A DNA stretch of 42,470 nt from a virus (lineage: Duplodnaviria > Caudoviricetes). The notes beneath the pieces are model-generated. The model did no database searches and was not told the origin of the DNA. It saw only the letters and a list, made by a program, of their open reading frames with translations. Position numbers and translations under genes: made by a program. Shown in pieces: positions 24,483 to 34,853 of this stretch; the first letter of the stretch is position 1, and each line of letters opens with the position of its first letter. The DNA lies in IMG/VR virus record IMGVR_UViG_3300025600_000032, positions 1 through 42,470 of that record. One strand, given 5' to 3'.

Positions 24483-26767
24483 AGACAAATTTATACCAAA
24501 CAAAACTGACAGAAGAACTTAGATCTTCATTATCTAAAGACGTTTGGTGTGACCTGCTTGAACTAATAGAGTCTGTTTCTTTTATAAATTGGTTAGTTAA
24601 AACTGAAGATGTTAGAGGATTCGCAAAAGACAGAGAAAGACATTGTAATTTAAATGTAGACGACATAAGACGTAGTCACGATGACAATAGAATTGTAGTT
24701 AATTTAACAAAACCTCATATTCTTGAAGATATGGACTTCTTCAGAGAGAGAGCTATATACTTTGAAAAACATGGTAGATATACACACTTAAGACCTAATC
24801 CAAATCCAAAGTCAGAGTACACTCAGTTTTGGAAGGAAGAGTTAAGAAGGTGGCGAGATGGTTTAGTTAGGGAGAGTGATGGTGAATGGATTACCGGAGG
24901 ATATTATTTTTATCTTAATTATAGTCAAATATGGTTAGTAGAAGAGGTTGCTTCAGTTAAAAATAAAAAATCTAAGGGTTTGAGAAAGAGAGAGTTTCCA
25001 AGAATATGGAGTGGTGACTACTTATTTTTTCATTATCTAGATCAAGCTAGAGATAATGGTGCTCATGCTAAGATTATTAAATGCAGGGGCGTTGGGTTCA
25101 GTTTCAAGTTATCATCATTATCTCCCAGAAATATGTATGTTGAACCAGGATTGCCAAACTTTCACTTAGCATCTGATAAAACATTTCTCGATGGAGAGAA
25201 GGGCGTCTTTGGAAAGGTTCTTGATAATCTAGACTGGATAGCAGATACAACTCCATTGCCAAAAATGAGGCTCATAAACTCTATCAGATCGAGAGAAATA
25301 CAATTAGGGTTTCAAGATGAGTACGGAGTAAAAAGAGGTCTTAAATCGTCTGTATTTGGAATTAGTCTAAAGGACAATCCAGATAAGGCTCGTGGGATAA
25401 GAGGGCCATTAATTCATTATGAAGAAGATGGGTTGTTTCCAAATCTAGAACACGCATGGAATGTCAATAGAGATGCAGTAGAACAGGGTGAAGTAACTCA
25501 TGGTCAGATGGTTGCAGGTGGAACCGGAGGGACTAGTGGGTCTGACTTTGCTGGATCGGAGAAATTATTTAAGAATCCATTAGCATATAATATATATGGA
25601 ATCCCAAATGTATTTGATAAAAATGTTAATGGTGAAACATTATGTGGATTCTTTTGGGGATCATACATGAACAGAGAGAAATGTTTTGATCTTAAAACCG
25701 GAGAATCAGATGTAGTTAAAGCATTAATAGAGGTTTTAAATGAAAGATATATAATAAAATATAATTCTGTAGATCCTCAAGTAATAACCCAGAGAATTGC
25801 AGAGAAATGTATTACACCATCTGAGGCTGTAATGAGAACTTCTGGAACTATATTTCCAGTAGCCGATTTGAAGGATTATAGAGATAGTGTTAGAATACAA
25901 GGTGCTAGATTCTTTGACACTCATTATGTTGGAGATTTAATAGCCACCGGTAAATCTATAGAATGGAAACCAAATGCAGAGTTATATCCAATTAGAAAAT
26001 TTCCAATAGGTACAGATAAACCAGAGGGGGCTATTGAGATATTTGAAATGCCAAAGACTGGTGCCGATGGAAAGATAGATCCAAATCGCTATGTGTCTGG
26101 TATTGACCCAGTTGACGACGACCAGGCTCAGACAACATCACTAACATCAATATTAATTTTCGACCTATATACAGATCGTATTGTAGCTGAATATACTGGA
26201 AGACCTAAGTTTGCTAACGACTTCTATGAGATTTGCAGAAGGATGTTAATGTTTTATAATGCCAAGTCTAATTACGAAAACAATAAGAAGGGTTTATTCA
26301 ATTATTTTGATCAGAAGCGTTGCTTGTCTTTATTATGTGAGACTCCTCAGATATTGAGAGATATGGACTATGTAAAAACTACTGGTTTTGGAAATAAGGC
26401 CCTCGGCACAAATGCTACAGCTCCAATAAATATTTGGGGACGTAGATTACAGCGAGATTGGCTTATGTCTAAAGCATATGTTCAGGACGTGGATGTAGAA
26501 GGTAATCAAATTGGTGAGAAACTTAATATGCATTGTATCAGATCAATAGCATATGTCGAAGAGTTAATTGCATGGAATTCAGATATAAATGCAGATAGAA
26601 TATCGGCCATGGGAATGTTAATGATATACCGAGAAGATAGATTGAAGTATATTCAGAATAAAGATAATAAAGAGAAGGACGATGACTTTGATGAATATAT
26701 AGATAAGAATTTTGCCAATGCATTTCAGGGTCAAAATAGCTATGAACAATGGCAGAGAGAGTTTTAA
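24455..26767 (+). CDS. terL: Terminase large subunit
   Basis: ITGGYYFYLNY, KCRGVGFSF (Walker A variant), YEEDG (Walker B), GGTGG, nuclease SGIDPVDDD, VAEYTGRP and NADRISA. crAss-like type. Confidence 0.93.
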   Translation: MEETKTEYIKTNLYQTKLTEELRSSLSKDVWCDLLELIESVSFINWLVKTEDVRGFAKDRERHCNLNVDDIRRSHDDNRIVVNLTKPHILEDMDFFRERAIYFEKHGRYTHLRPNPNPKSEYTQFWKEELRRWRDGLVRESDGEWITGGYYFYLNYSQIWLVEEVASVKNKKSKGLRKREFPRIWSGDYLFFHYLDQARDNGAHAKIIKCRGVGFSFKLSSLSPRNMYVEPGLPNFHLASDKTFLDGEKGVFGKVLDNLDWIADTTPLPKMRLINSIRSREIQLGFQDEYGVKRGLKSSVFGISLKDNPDKARGIRGPLIHYEEDGLFPNLEHAWNVNRDAVEQGEVTHGQMVAGGTGGTSGSDFAGSEKLFKNPLAYNIYGIPNVFDKNVNGETLCGFFWGSYMNREKCFDLKTGESDVVKALIEVLNERYIIKYNSVDPQVITQRIAEKCITPSEAVMRTSGTIFPVADLKDYRDSVRIQGARFFDTHYVGDLIATGKSIEWKPNAELYPIRKFPIGTDKPEGAIEIFEMPKTGADGKIDPNRYVSGIDPVDDDQAQTTSLTSILIFDLYTDRIVAEYTGRPKFANDFYEICRRMLMFYNAKSNYENNKKGLFNYFDQKRCLSLLCETPQILRDMDYVKTTGFGNKALGTNATAPINIWGRRLQRDWLMSKAYVQDVDVEGNQIGEKLNMHCIRSIAYVEELIAWNSDINADRISAMGMLMIYREDRLKYIQNKDNKEKDDDFDEYIDKNFANAFQGQNSYEQWQREF

Positions 26768-26794
26768 TAAAGTTAGTTATCGTTAGTAATTAGT

Positions 26795-26802
26795 TAAATT
26801 TG
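26795..26802 (+). promoter_or_regulatory. -7 promoter element upstream of the portal gene
   Basis: TAAATTTG, 21 nt before the ATG. Confidence 0.55.
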
Positions 26803-26823
26803 TAACCTTATATAAGAAAAAAT

Positions 26824-29202
26824 ATGGCCATACAATCATCTGGATTTCCCAGACAAAAGTTACCATCAGCAAAGAAAGGTTTAGATTGGCGTAAGGCTCA
26901 TCTAGATTGGGCAGATAAGAATAGTTACCTATTCAATAATAGTATACGAAGATCATTGCGTGGCAAGAAGATTAACTACGATCTCTTTAATGGAATTCTC
27001 CATGAAGAAGATATGAAGAAGACTCTTAATCCAATGAATAAACGTGTTGGATTAATACCTAATAATATACAACATTTCTCCATAATTAATAATCCACTCA
27101 ATGTTTTAATAGGCGAGGAGTCTCGTAGAAAACATGATTATATAGTTAAAGTTTGTAATGATGATGCCATATCTTCTATTGAGACAGATAAGATTGCTGA
27201 AGCACAGGAGAGAGTAACCAAAATAATTACAGATACTTCTGTATCAGAAGAAGAGGCCAAGAAGGATTTAGATAAATTACAACAATATTTTAATTATAAC
27301 TGGCAAGATCTCAGGGAGAAACGTGCCAATTGGTTATTAAAACACTATATCAAGGAAGTAGATTTCAACATTAAAATGAATGAAGGGTTTAAGGATGTTC
27401 TTATAGCCTCTGAAGAAATCTATCAATTTGACATTAGAAGCAATGAACCAATAATGGATCATTTGAATCCAAGGAAAGTATATACATTAAGAAGTGGTTA
27501 TTCCTCAAAAATAGAAGATGCTGATATTATTATTCTTGACGATTACTGGTCTCCATCGAAAATTATTGATGTTTATTACGCAGACCTTAAAGATAAGGAT
27601 GTTGAGTATATTGAAGATATCAGTAATCAGAACCTGGTTCAAACTGATGAGATGGGTAATGTGGATGAGCGTAATGCTTTCTTATATTCTCCATTAATTA
27701 CAGAGGATAATCTAGAGAATAATACAGTTGACTCATTTGTATGGATGGGTAATAACTTTGCAGGACTACCTAACTCTTCCTATATGGATAATATGGGTAA
27801 TATTAGAGTTCTTAGGGTGTACTGGAAGTCTAAGAGAAAGATTAAATCAGTTAAATCATACGATCAACAGACTGGTGAGGAGTTATATGCCTTTAAGGAT
27901 GAGTCGTATAAGATAGATCCATTTATCGGTGAAGAGTCGGAAGATCTTTGGGTTAATGAGATTTGGGAGGGCACCAAGATTGGTAAGGAAGTATATATTA
28001 ATATGCGTCCTAAACCCATTCAGTATATGCGATTAAATAATCCATCCGAATGTCATGCTGGAATCATTGGTCAGGTATATAATACTAATCAATCCAAACC
28101 AGTATCTCTAGTTGATAGAATGAAACCTTATCAATATATGTTCGATGCAGTTAAAGATAGACTCGCAAAGACTATTGCTAAGAATTATGGTAAGATTCTA
28201 GAATTAGATAAGGCTAGAATGCCTGCAGGATGGGATTATCAGAAATGGTTGTACTTTATTGAACAAGATAATATATCTGTTGTTGATAGTTTTAAGGAGG
28301 GTACTAAAGGTGCTGCTACTGGAAAGATGGCAGGTAATTTTAATACTTCAGGAAGACCATTAGATTTAGAGGTTGGTAATTCAATACAATTATATATAGG
28401 ATTACTAGATTATCTTAAAGATGAAATGTTTGAGATATCTGGAGTGTCAAAGCAAAGGCAAGGACAGGTTGATAATCGTGAGACTGTAGGTGGAGTAGAA
28501 CGTGCCATTTCAAGTAGCTCTCATAGTACTGAAGAGCTTTTCATGATACATGATAACGTACGCAAGCGTTGTCTTACTACGTTGCTAGAAACGGCTAAAA
28601 TAGCCCTTAAAGGGACTAATAAGAAATTGCAGTATATTACCGATGAAAAGGTAATGACTATGCTCAATGTCGATGGAGATGAATTTGCAGAAATGGACTA
28701 TGATATCATGGTAGATAATGACATGGGTGATATGGAATTAAAGCAAAAGTTAGAACAATTAGCTCATGCTGGATTACAGAATCAAATGTTATCATTCTCT
28801 ACAGTAATGAAAATATTTACAGATTCATCATTAACATCGGTAATGCGACGTATAGAACAAGATGAGAATAATATGCAACAGAATAAACAGAAAGAGTCTG
28901 AATCTCAACAACAGCAAATGCAAGCACAAATACAATCTCAGGAACGTATGGAACAAATGAAAATGCAGTTGGAAGATCTTAAAAGTCAAAGAGATAATGA
29001 AACCAGAATTCAAGTAGCTCTTATTGGAAAAGAAGGTCAATATACCGAGGAGGATAGTTCTGAATTTGATAAAATTCAATTACAAAGAGATAAATTGGAA
29101 CAGGATTTTAAGTTGAGTATGAAGGACTTAGATGAAAAAAATCGTCATAATATTCAAACTGAATCTATAGCAAGAAGTAAACCCAAAAGTACAAATAAAT
29201 AA
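26824..29202 (+). CDS. Portal protein
   Basis: FPRQKLP..KK, NYDLFNG, RVLRVYWKS, WVNEIWEGTKIG, SLVDRMKPYQY, SGVSKQRQG and a Q-rich coiled-coil C-terminus. Follows TerL. Confidence 0.92.
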   Translation: MAIQSSGFPRQKLPSAKKGLDWRKAHLDWADKNSYLFNNSIRRSLRGKKINYDLFNGILHEEDMKKTLNPMNKRVGLIPNNIQHFSIINNPLNVLIGEESRRKHDYIVKVCNDDAISSIETDKIAEAQERVTKIITDTSVSEEEAKKDLDKLQQYFNYNWQDLREKRANWLLKHYIKEVDFNIKMNEGFKDVLIASEEIYQFDIRSNEPIMDHLNPRKVYTLRSGYSSKIEDADIIILDDYWSPSKIIDVYYADLKDKDVEYIEDISNQNLVQTDEMGNVDERNAFLYSPLITEDNLENNTVDSFVWMGNNFAGLPNSSYMDNMGNIRVLRVYWKSKRKIKSVKSYDQQTGEELYAFKDESYKIDPFIGEESEDLWVNEIWEGTKIGKEVYINMRPKPIQYMRLNNPSECHAGIIGQVYNTNQSKPVSLVDRMKPYQYMFDAVKDRLAKTIAKNYGKILELDKARMPAGWDYQKWLYFIEQDNISVVDSFKEGTKGAATGKMAGNFNTSGRPLDLEVGNSIQLYIGLLDYLKDEMFEISGVSKQRQGQVDNRETVGGVERAISSSSHSTEELFMIHDNVRKRCLTTLLETAKIALKGTNKKLQYITDEKVMTMLNVDGDEFAEMDYDIMVDNDMGDMELKQKLEQLAHAGLQNQMLSFSTVMKIFTDSSLTSVMRRIEQDENNMQQNKQKESESQQQQMQAQIQSQERMEQMKMQLEDLKSQRDNETRIQVALIGKEGQYTEEDSSEFDKIQLQRDKLEQDFKLSMKDLDEKNRHNIQTESIARSKPKSTNK

Positions 29203-29213
29203 AAATTAAGGAT

Positions 29214-29588
29214 ATGTCAAGTGAAGTAACAGGTTGGTTAAAGAGAATATGGTTGCAAGGTGAAACTGGTGCAACTAACACAAATCAAGTAGAAACTATA
29301 TTAACTGGAGGAACTCAAACTACTCAGATAATTAATTCAGATGGAAGCCAGGTTGATATTGGAATTAATGGTGGTTGTATTGACGCAGTATTATCAGATA
29401 CAGTTAATTTATTGCATCCAGGATATTTTGAACCAAGATTAATTGGTGGAGATATTAAATATACGGATTTGTATGGCAATGTAGGAATAATGACGTTTGA
29501 TAAAAAAGAATTGTCTAGATTTAAGGTTAACAAGATTTGGTTAACAGGAACTACTGCGGCCATGGGAATAAAAATATATTATAAATAA
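29214..29588 (+). CDS. Putative head-spike base protein (RcGTA Rcc01079-like)
   Basis: LSDTVNL...GGDIK...G...F...VNKIWLTGTTA pattern. Confidence 0.55.
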   Translation: MSSEVTGWLKRIWLQGETGATNTNQVETILTGGTQTTQIINSDGSQVDIGINGGCIDAVLSDTVNLLHPGYFEPRLIGGDIKYTDLYGNVGIMTFDKKELSRFKVNKIWLTGTTAAMGIKIYYK

Positions 29589-29613
29589 TATTAACAACAA
29601 ACAACTATAATGC

Positions 29614-29880
29614 ATGATAATTCTAAAAGATTTCTTCTCCTCTACGGTATGGCAGGATATTAACAATCGAGTCTTTACAACATTTGGTTTATCTGGAGTG
29701 GCAACAGTTGCCAATGCAATACCATCAACTATAGTAACAGAAGTGGCTACTACTAGTATTCTAGTTAATTTGATACAAGTATTTACATTGATATCATATA
29801 TAATGTCGATTATGGTAGCGTGTACAATATTATTCAGATTTATATTGTGGTATAAAGATAAAGATAAAAAAAATATTTAA
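29614..29880 (+). CDS. Holin-like membrane protein
   Basis: Hydrophobic helices with a charged C-terminal tail KDKDKK. Confidence 0.5.
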   Translation: MIILKDFFSSTVWQDINNRVFTTFGLSGVATVANAIPSTIVTEVATTSILVNLIQVFTLISYIMSIMVACTILFRFILWYKDKDKKNI

Positions 29881-29881
29881 T

Positions 29882-30409
29882 ATGAGTAATCTCGTAATAT
29901 TCGCATCATCTAATGCAACTCAGACTGGAGTTCAAATAAACGACCAAACGAATTGGGTGCCAATAGATAGTTCTAGGGATTCATTAACTGGATTAGTTGT
30001 TAGTTTATATAGTACAGATTCAGTAACTCCTATATCTACTTATAGATTAACCGAATTAGAATTAAATACTTTTATTGATACTGGAACCATTGAAATAAGT
30101 TTTCTAAAATTAAATGGCAACTTATACGTGGAAGATGGTTGGTATTGGGTTTCTATTAATGGAAATGCTGGCAATCTTATTAGTAATAATAGTGGTTTCG
30201 GTATTTATGCTGGAATTACTGGCGCTGTGTTTAGTCAAGTTAACGATTTGCATGTACCAGAAGATATTAAATATAATGCCGAGAAAATTATAATGCCAGT
30301 ACTATATCTAGAGGGACTCAAATATCTAGATACAACTAGTGTTAATTCTAGGGATACAAAGTTTAATAAGACATTATTATCTATACAAAGGATGTTATTA
30401 AGAATCTAA
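29882..30409 (+). CDS. Putative structural protein
   Basis: 175 aa with a beta-rich N-terminus and helical C-terminus, in the structural operon. Confidence 0.55.
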   Translation: MSNLVIFASSNATQTGVQINDQTNWVPIDSSRDSLTGLVVSLYSTDSVTPISTYRLTELELNTFIDTGTIEISFLKLNGNLYVEDGWYWVSINGNAGNLISNNSGFGIYAGITGAVFSQVNDLHVPEDIKYNAEKIIMPVLYLEGLKYLDTTSVNSRDTKFNKTLLSIQRMLLRI

Positions 30410-30410
30410 T

Positions 30411-31028
30411 ATGATAACAGAAGAGAAATTAAATTCAGAAATAGATCTATCTAAGAGGATATATTTATACTATCTTGATAAAATGTCTAGTTTTATTAGT
30501 ATAGGTAGTGATAAATATATTGCTAGATATAAGGATTTGTGTGTTCTATATTTTCTATGCCGAGGATTAATATCTATCAGAACTATTGATTCCAAATTCT
30601 ATATTGGAGACCAAGAGATTGATGAAGATGTTTTAATGGCATTTACAAGTCGAATAAGAGAGTATCTCAATAATGATATAAAAGACATAGTCTATGTAGA
30701 GTTAGACTCTCATGGCAACGTTAAAGACTATACACGACCAATTATCCCTCCAACCATTGTATCGTACCAAAATTATAATCAAGATTGGAGATCTACTATT
30801 ATAACGATAGATATAGATGATGTTAATTCAATAACATTACCATTTAATATTTCAGATGTAGATCCAGATAGTATTAGAGTTGTAGTTAATGATAATGACC
30901 CAATTCCATTAGTTCAATCTAATGAAGAAGGAGTTACTATAGTTGGTTCAACATTATCTTGGCACACGTATTATAATCTCAAAGCTGGCGATAAAGTATT
31001 TATTCAATATTTGCTTAATATAGTTTAA
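30411..31028 (+). CDS. Putative structural protein
   Basis: C-terminal small beta domain ending LKAGDKVFIQY. Confidence 0.55.
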   Translation: MITEEKLNSEIDLSKRIYLYYLDKMSSFISIGSDKYIARYKDLCVLYFLCRGLISIRTIDSKFYIGDQEIDEDVLMAFTSRIREYLNNDIKDIVYVELDSHGNVKDYTRPIIPPTIVSYQNYNQDWRSTIITIDIDDVNSITLPFNISDVDPDSIRVVVNDNDPIPLVQSNEEGVTIVGSTLSWHTYYNLKAGDKVFIQYLLNIV

Positions 31029-31029
31029 T

Positions 31030-32754
31030 ATGGAATTTAGGACAATAAGACAAACTTCACATATAGATGGCACCAATAGAAATCCTGGAATTAATGAGCA
31101 TAATAAATCTCTAGTCTGGGACAATAATACTGCCAAATTTAAATATATTCTAACCACTACTGCCGAAATTAATACTAATCTACTAGATGGATTAGTATCT
31201 AAGGGTAGTACATCTACTGCTGCAGACTTTATCTGGAAGTTAGATGCCAATAAAAATCCAGCATGGCGTAAGGAGGAATATTTAAAAACCATACAAAGAC
31301 CATCAGGAAGTAACTCTGCTATATTTACTATGAATAGTGGTTCTACTAAAACATTAGCGTTAGGGGCTATGGCATGGTTAGATACTGCAATTCTGCCAAC
31401 ACCAGCACTTCCTGGAGATACAAAAATTCTATTTGATTATCAGAATACTATTGGAGGAACGTCTTCTTTTACTTTCGATAATAATTTAAAAACATTAAAT
31501 CTATCTGCATTTACTGGTATTCAGGTAAAGAATAATCCAGATACTGTATATAAAGGAGTATTACAATACTTTGGTAATAAAAATTTATTACTTGGTCACG
31601 GTATTACAAGATCATTAGTATGGGCAACTAATCTAAGTAATAATATACTAATAGGGGATTCTGCTGGTGGCGGATTGCAAACCGGTTCTAATAATCTAAT
31701 TTTAGGTCATTTTGCTGGCTCTGATACTGATAGTGGTATTGAGGGATCTATTTATATAGGTAATTATGCAGGTAGGTTAGAAACGGTTAATAATAGGTTC
31801 TATTTATCTAACACTAATTATAATACTTTAAGTGAAGCAAAACTGGGATCTCTATTGTATGGGGAATTAAATAATGGATTATTGAAGGTTAATAATAGAC
31901 TTGAAGTAAAACAGGAAGTTAAACTTGGTACATTTGATATATTAAATACTCCAACGTGGGGTATGCTTCAGTTTATTGGTACTGGTAATGTAAATGAATA
32001 TAAACCTCAATATTACAATGGACTTGTATGGCAAGATTTTGCATCTGGTTCTAACTATTATCTCAATACTGTAACTAAAACAACTGATGATGTAGGTACT
32101 GTAGATGATGTTTTCAAGTTGACATTTGATATGAATGGACAACCTGACTTTACATTACAGTTAGGTGCCAATGCTTTTAATAGTAGTGTAATACCACAAG
32201 CTAGTTATCAAGGAGAATCTGGATTATTCCAATTATCATCTGGAGACAGTACTGACAGTAATGCTGGATTTACTAGTATTTCAGGATTAAAATGGAATGT
32301 ATCGGAAAGTGAACTTTTAATTCCTGGAGCAATAAACTTAATAACCAAGGCAAAATATACAACATCAAGTAATTCTATTATATATGATGGATCTCATTAT
32401 TATGGTAGAATTGGTTCCAATTGGTTGCAGTTAGATAACGAATCATTTGCTAAACAATATGTATTTGTTTTATCACTTCCTTTATCTAATGATGTGTTTG
32501 GTCGCATAGCAGGAGCTACACTTCCGACCGGATTTGTAATTTCAGTTGGTGAAAGTTCATATGATCTATTGATAACCCATTCACTTAATCGTAAGGTGGC
32601 AAATGTGACTATTATGGCCGTAGATGGACAGGAAGAAACTTTACTAATAGGATCTGCAGCATATACAGGTTTAAAAACAACTTTAAACACTTGTCTAATT
32701 ATGGGACTTACCAATACTATAATTCCATTAACTGTTAATTTACTATTCTCTTAA
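31030..32754 (+). CDS. Tail fibre / trimeric adhesin-like protein
   Basis: NILIGDSAG / NLILGHFAG / SIYIGNYAG repeats like a YadA-type beta-roll head. Ends in an LITHSLN domain. Confidence 0.7.
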   Translation: MEFRTIRQTSHIDGTNRNPGINEHNKSLVWDNNTAKFKYILTTTAEINTNLLDGLVSKGSTSTAADFIWKLDANKNPAWRKEEYLKTIQRPSGSNSAIFTMNSGSTKTLALGAMAWLDTAILPTPALPGDTKILFDYQNTIGGTSSFTFDNNLKTLNLSAFTGIQVKNNPDTVYKGVLQYFGNKNLLLGHGITRSLVWATNLSNNILIGDSAGGGLQTGSNNLILGHFAGSDTDSGIEGSIYIGNYAGRLETVNNRFYLSNTNYNTLSEAKLGSLLYGELNNGLLKVNNRLEVKQEVKLGTFDILNTPTWGMLQFIGTGNVNEYKPQYYNGLVWQDFASGSNYYLNTVTKTTDDVGTVDDVFKLTFDMNGQPDFTLQLGANAFNSSVIPQASYQGESGLFQLSSGDSTDSNAGFTSISGLKWNVSESELLIPGAINLITKAKYTTSSNSIIYDGSHYYGRIGSNWLQLDNESFAKQYVFVLSLPLSNDVFGRIAGATLPTGFVISVGESSYDLLITHSLNRKVANVTIMAVDGQEETLLIGSAAYTGLKTTLNTCLIMGLTNTIIPLTVNLLFS

Positions 32755-32755
32755 A

Positions 32756-33367
32756 ATGGTAAATTTAAACCTTTTTGAAACTCAGATAGTTTGGAGGACA
32801 AATGTAATAAATGTTTTGCTAATATCTTCCAAAACAGATACAGTACCTACTATCTATAGGTGTTCAGTCAAACCTATTGATATAAATGAATTAAAGGGGA
32901 AACCAAAAGTTATTGAAGTTGGTTTTTATTTAAAGGATTATATAGGACATACGTTCAAAATTACAGAGGTAAATGAAAGTTATATTTTGGTATCTGATGA
33001 TTTTAATTGCGGTGAGTGTCCTCAAAATTCACAACAAGGGGTTATTTATCAGTCGGTAGCTAATGGTGATTCTCCATTTTTAATGCCATCTTTTTATTCT
33101 CATTTACATCATTCAGCCCTGGATTATTCGCGCCAAATGGAAGTTGATATCTTGTGGCGGCAAATAACTACTGATAAAAATTTTCTATTTATACAAAACA
33201 TTCCCAGTAACATATGGACAATAAATCATAATTTAAATAAATATCCATCAGTTACAGTTATTGATAGCGCAGGAACAGAGGTTGAGGGTACTGTAGAACA
33301 TGTTGATATTAATAATATACTTATAACATTTAATGGTTCTTTTTCAGGTAAAGCGTTTATTAATTAA
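32756..33367 (+). CDS. Structural protein
   Basis: C-terminal WTINHNLNKYPSVTVIDSAG...FSGKAFIN domain typical of fibre modules. Confidence 0.7.
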   Translation: MVNLNLFETQIVWRTNVINVLLISSKTDTVPTIYRCSVKPIDINELKGKPKVIEVGFYLKDYIGHTFKITEVNESYILVSDDFNCGECPQNSQQGVIYQSVANGDSPFLMPSFYSHLHHSALDYSRQMEVDILWRQITTDKNFLFIQNIPSNIWTINHNLNKYPSVTVIDSAGTEVEGTVEHVDINNILITFNGSFSGKAFIN

Positions 33368-33388
33368 TTAATTTAATATATTAAAGTT

Positions 33389-34852
33389 ATGGCACGTCCT
33401 TTTTTAGTTGATATTGATTTAAATAAGAATCAATTACTTAATGCTAAATTACAAAATTTAGCTACGGCTCCTACACTTGTTGCTGGTGATGCAGGGTTTG
33501 TATATTATGATACCTCATTAGTAACATATAGAGGTTGGACAGGAACAGTATGGTTAGATTTAGGTAAACAGATAACATTAGCAGTTATATCTGCATTTCT
33601 TGATTCTGCTGCTGTTAAATCTATTATGGTTGATGCTGATACCTTTATTATAATTGATTCTGTAGATAATGGTGCTAAACAAACTACATGGGCTAATATA
33701 AAAACAGCATTAAATTTAATATATCAAACTATATTAAGTAAAGCCACTTTTAGTGAAATTGATACAGGAACCGATGATACTAAATTTGTTACGGCAAAGG
33801 GCATTAGAGATTCTGCGATATTAAGTAGTGCTGCGTCTGGAGAAATAGCCGGTTTAACCGATAAACCTACTCCTGTTGATGCGGATGTTGTTCTTATAGA
33901 AGATAGCGCTGCCACTAATGGTAAGAAAAAACTTACGTGGAGTAATATAAAAGCTACTATGGCTACTTATATTTCAAGTACAACACTAACCCTTACGAAT
34001 AAAACTTTTGATGCTGCTGGAACTGGTAATACCCTTAGTAATATTAAAGATGTAAATATATTTGCCAATGCAGGTATATCGGAAGGTAAATTATCTCTTA
34101 CTTACGGTACATCTACTCTTAATACTGCAATTACAAATCATATAAATAATGGTACAGGTGCTCATGCAGCTTCTGCTATAGCTAATACTCCTGCTGGGAC
34201 TCTCGCAGCTACTGATGTGCAAACAGCACTTAATGAATTACAAACGGATATTAATACTAGAGCATTATCTAGTGATTTAGTTACTGCTATTGCAGGTGCT
34301 TTAATATTTAAAGGTAGTGTTGATGCTACTGCCGCTGCTCCTTCTGCTGGTATTAAACAAGGGTGGACTTATGTTGTAACCGTGGCAGGTACATTACTTG
34401 GAGAAGTATTAGCTGTTGGTGATATGATTATAGCAAAACAAGATATCCCAACAACCAATGCTCATTGGACATTTGTTAATAAAAATATTCCTGATATAGT
34501 TGCTGCCTCTGAAACTGCTAGTGGTATTATCACTATTGCTACTCAAACTGAAACAGATGCAGGAACACTAGATACAGAAGTTGTTACTCCATTAAAATTA
34601 AAGACATATATTGCCAATAAGAGTATAGGTAAGTTTTTTGAAGCTACTCTTACTGGGGATGGTACAACTGTTAGTTTTCCTGTTACGCACAGTCTGGGTA
34701 GTCAAAAGATAATAACTGCTGTATATGACTCCTCTACCTATGAAGAGGTTGTAGTTGGAGTAGTTGCTACTAGTACTAATATAACTACATTTTCATTTAA
34801 TAAGGCTCCTATTGTAACCAAGAACTATTACGTAACAATAACTTCCAAGTAA
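33389..34852 (+). CDS. Tail fibre protein
   Basis: IDLNKNQLLNAKLQNLATAP N-terminus, AT..E...GT.D...VT shaft repeats and a VTHSLG C-terminal domain. Confidence 0.75.
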   Translation: MARPFLVDIDLNKNQLLNAKLQNLATAPTLVAGDAGFVYYDTSLVTYRGWTGTVWLDLGKQITLAVISAFLDSAAVKSIMVDADTFIIIDSVDNGAKQTTWANIKTALNLIYQTILSKATFSEIDTGTDDTKFVTAKGIRDSAILSSAASGEIAGLTDKPTPVDADVVLIEDSAATNGKKKLTWSNIKATMATYISSTTLTLTNKTFDAAGTGNTLSNIKDVNIFANAGISEGKLSLTYGTSTLNTAITNHINNGTGAHAASAIANTPAGTLAATDVQTALNELQTDINTRALSSDLVTAIAGALIFKGSVDATAAAPSAGIKQGWTYVVTVAGTLLGEVLAVGDMIIAKQDIPTTNAHWTFVNKNIPDIVAASETASGIITIATQTETDAGTLDTEVVTPLKLKTYIANKSIGKFFEATLTGDGTTVSFPVTHSLGSQKIITAVYDSSTYEEVVVGVVATSTNITTFSFNKAPIVTKNYYVTITSK

Positions 34853-34853
34853 T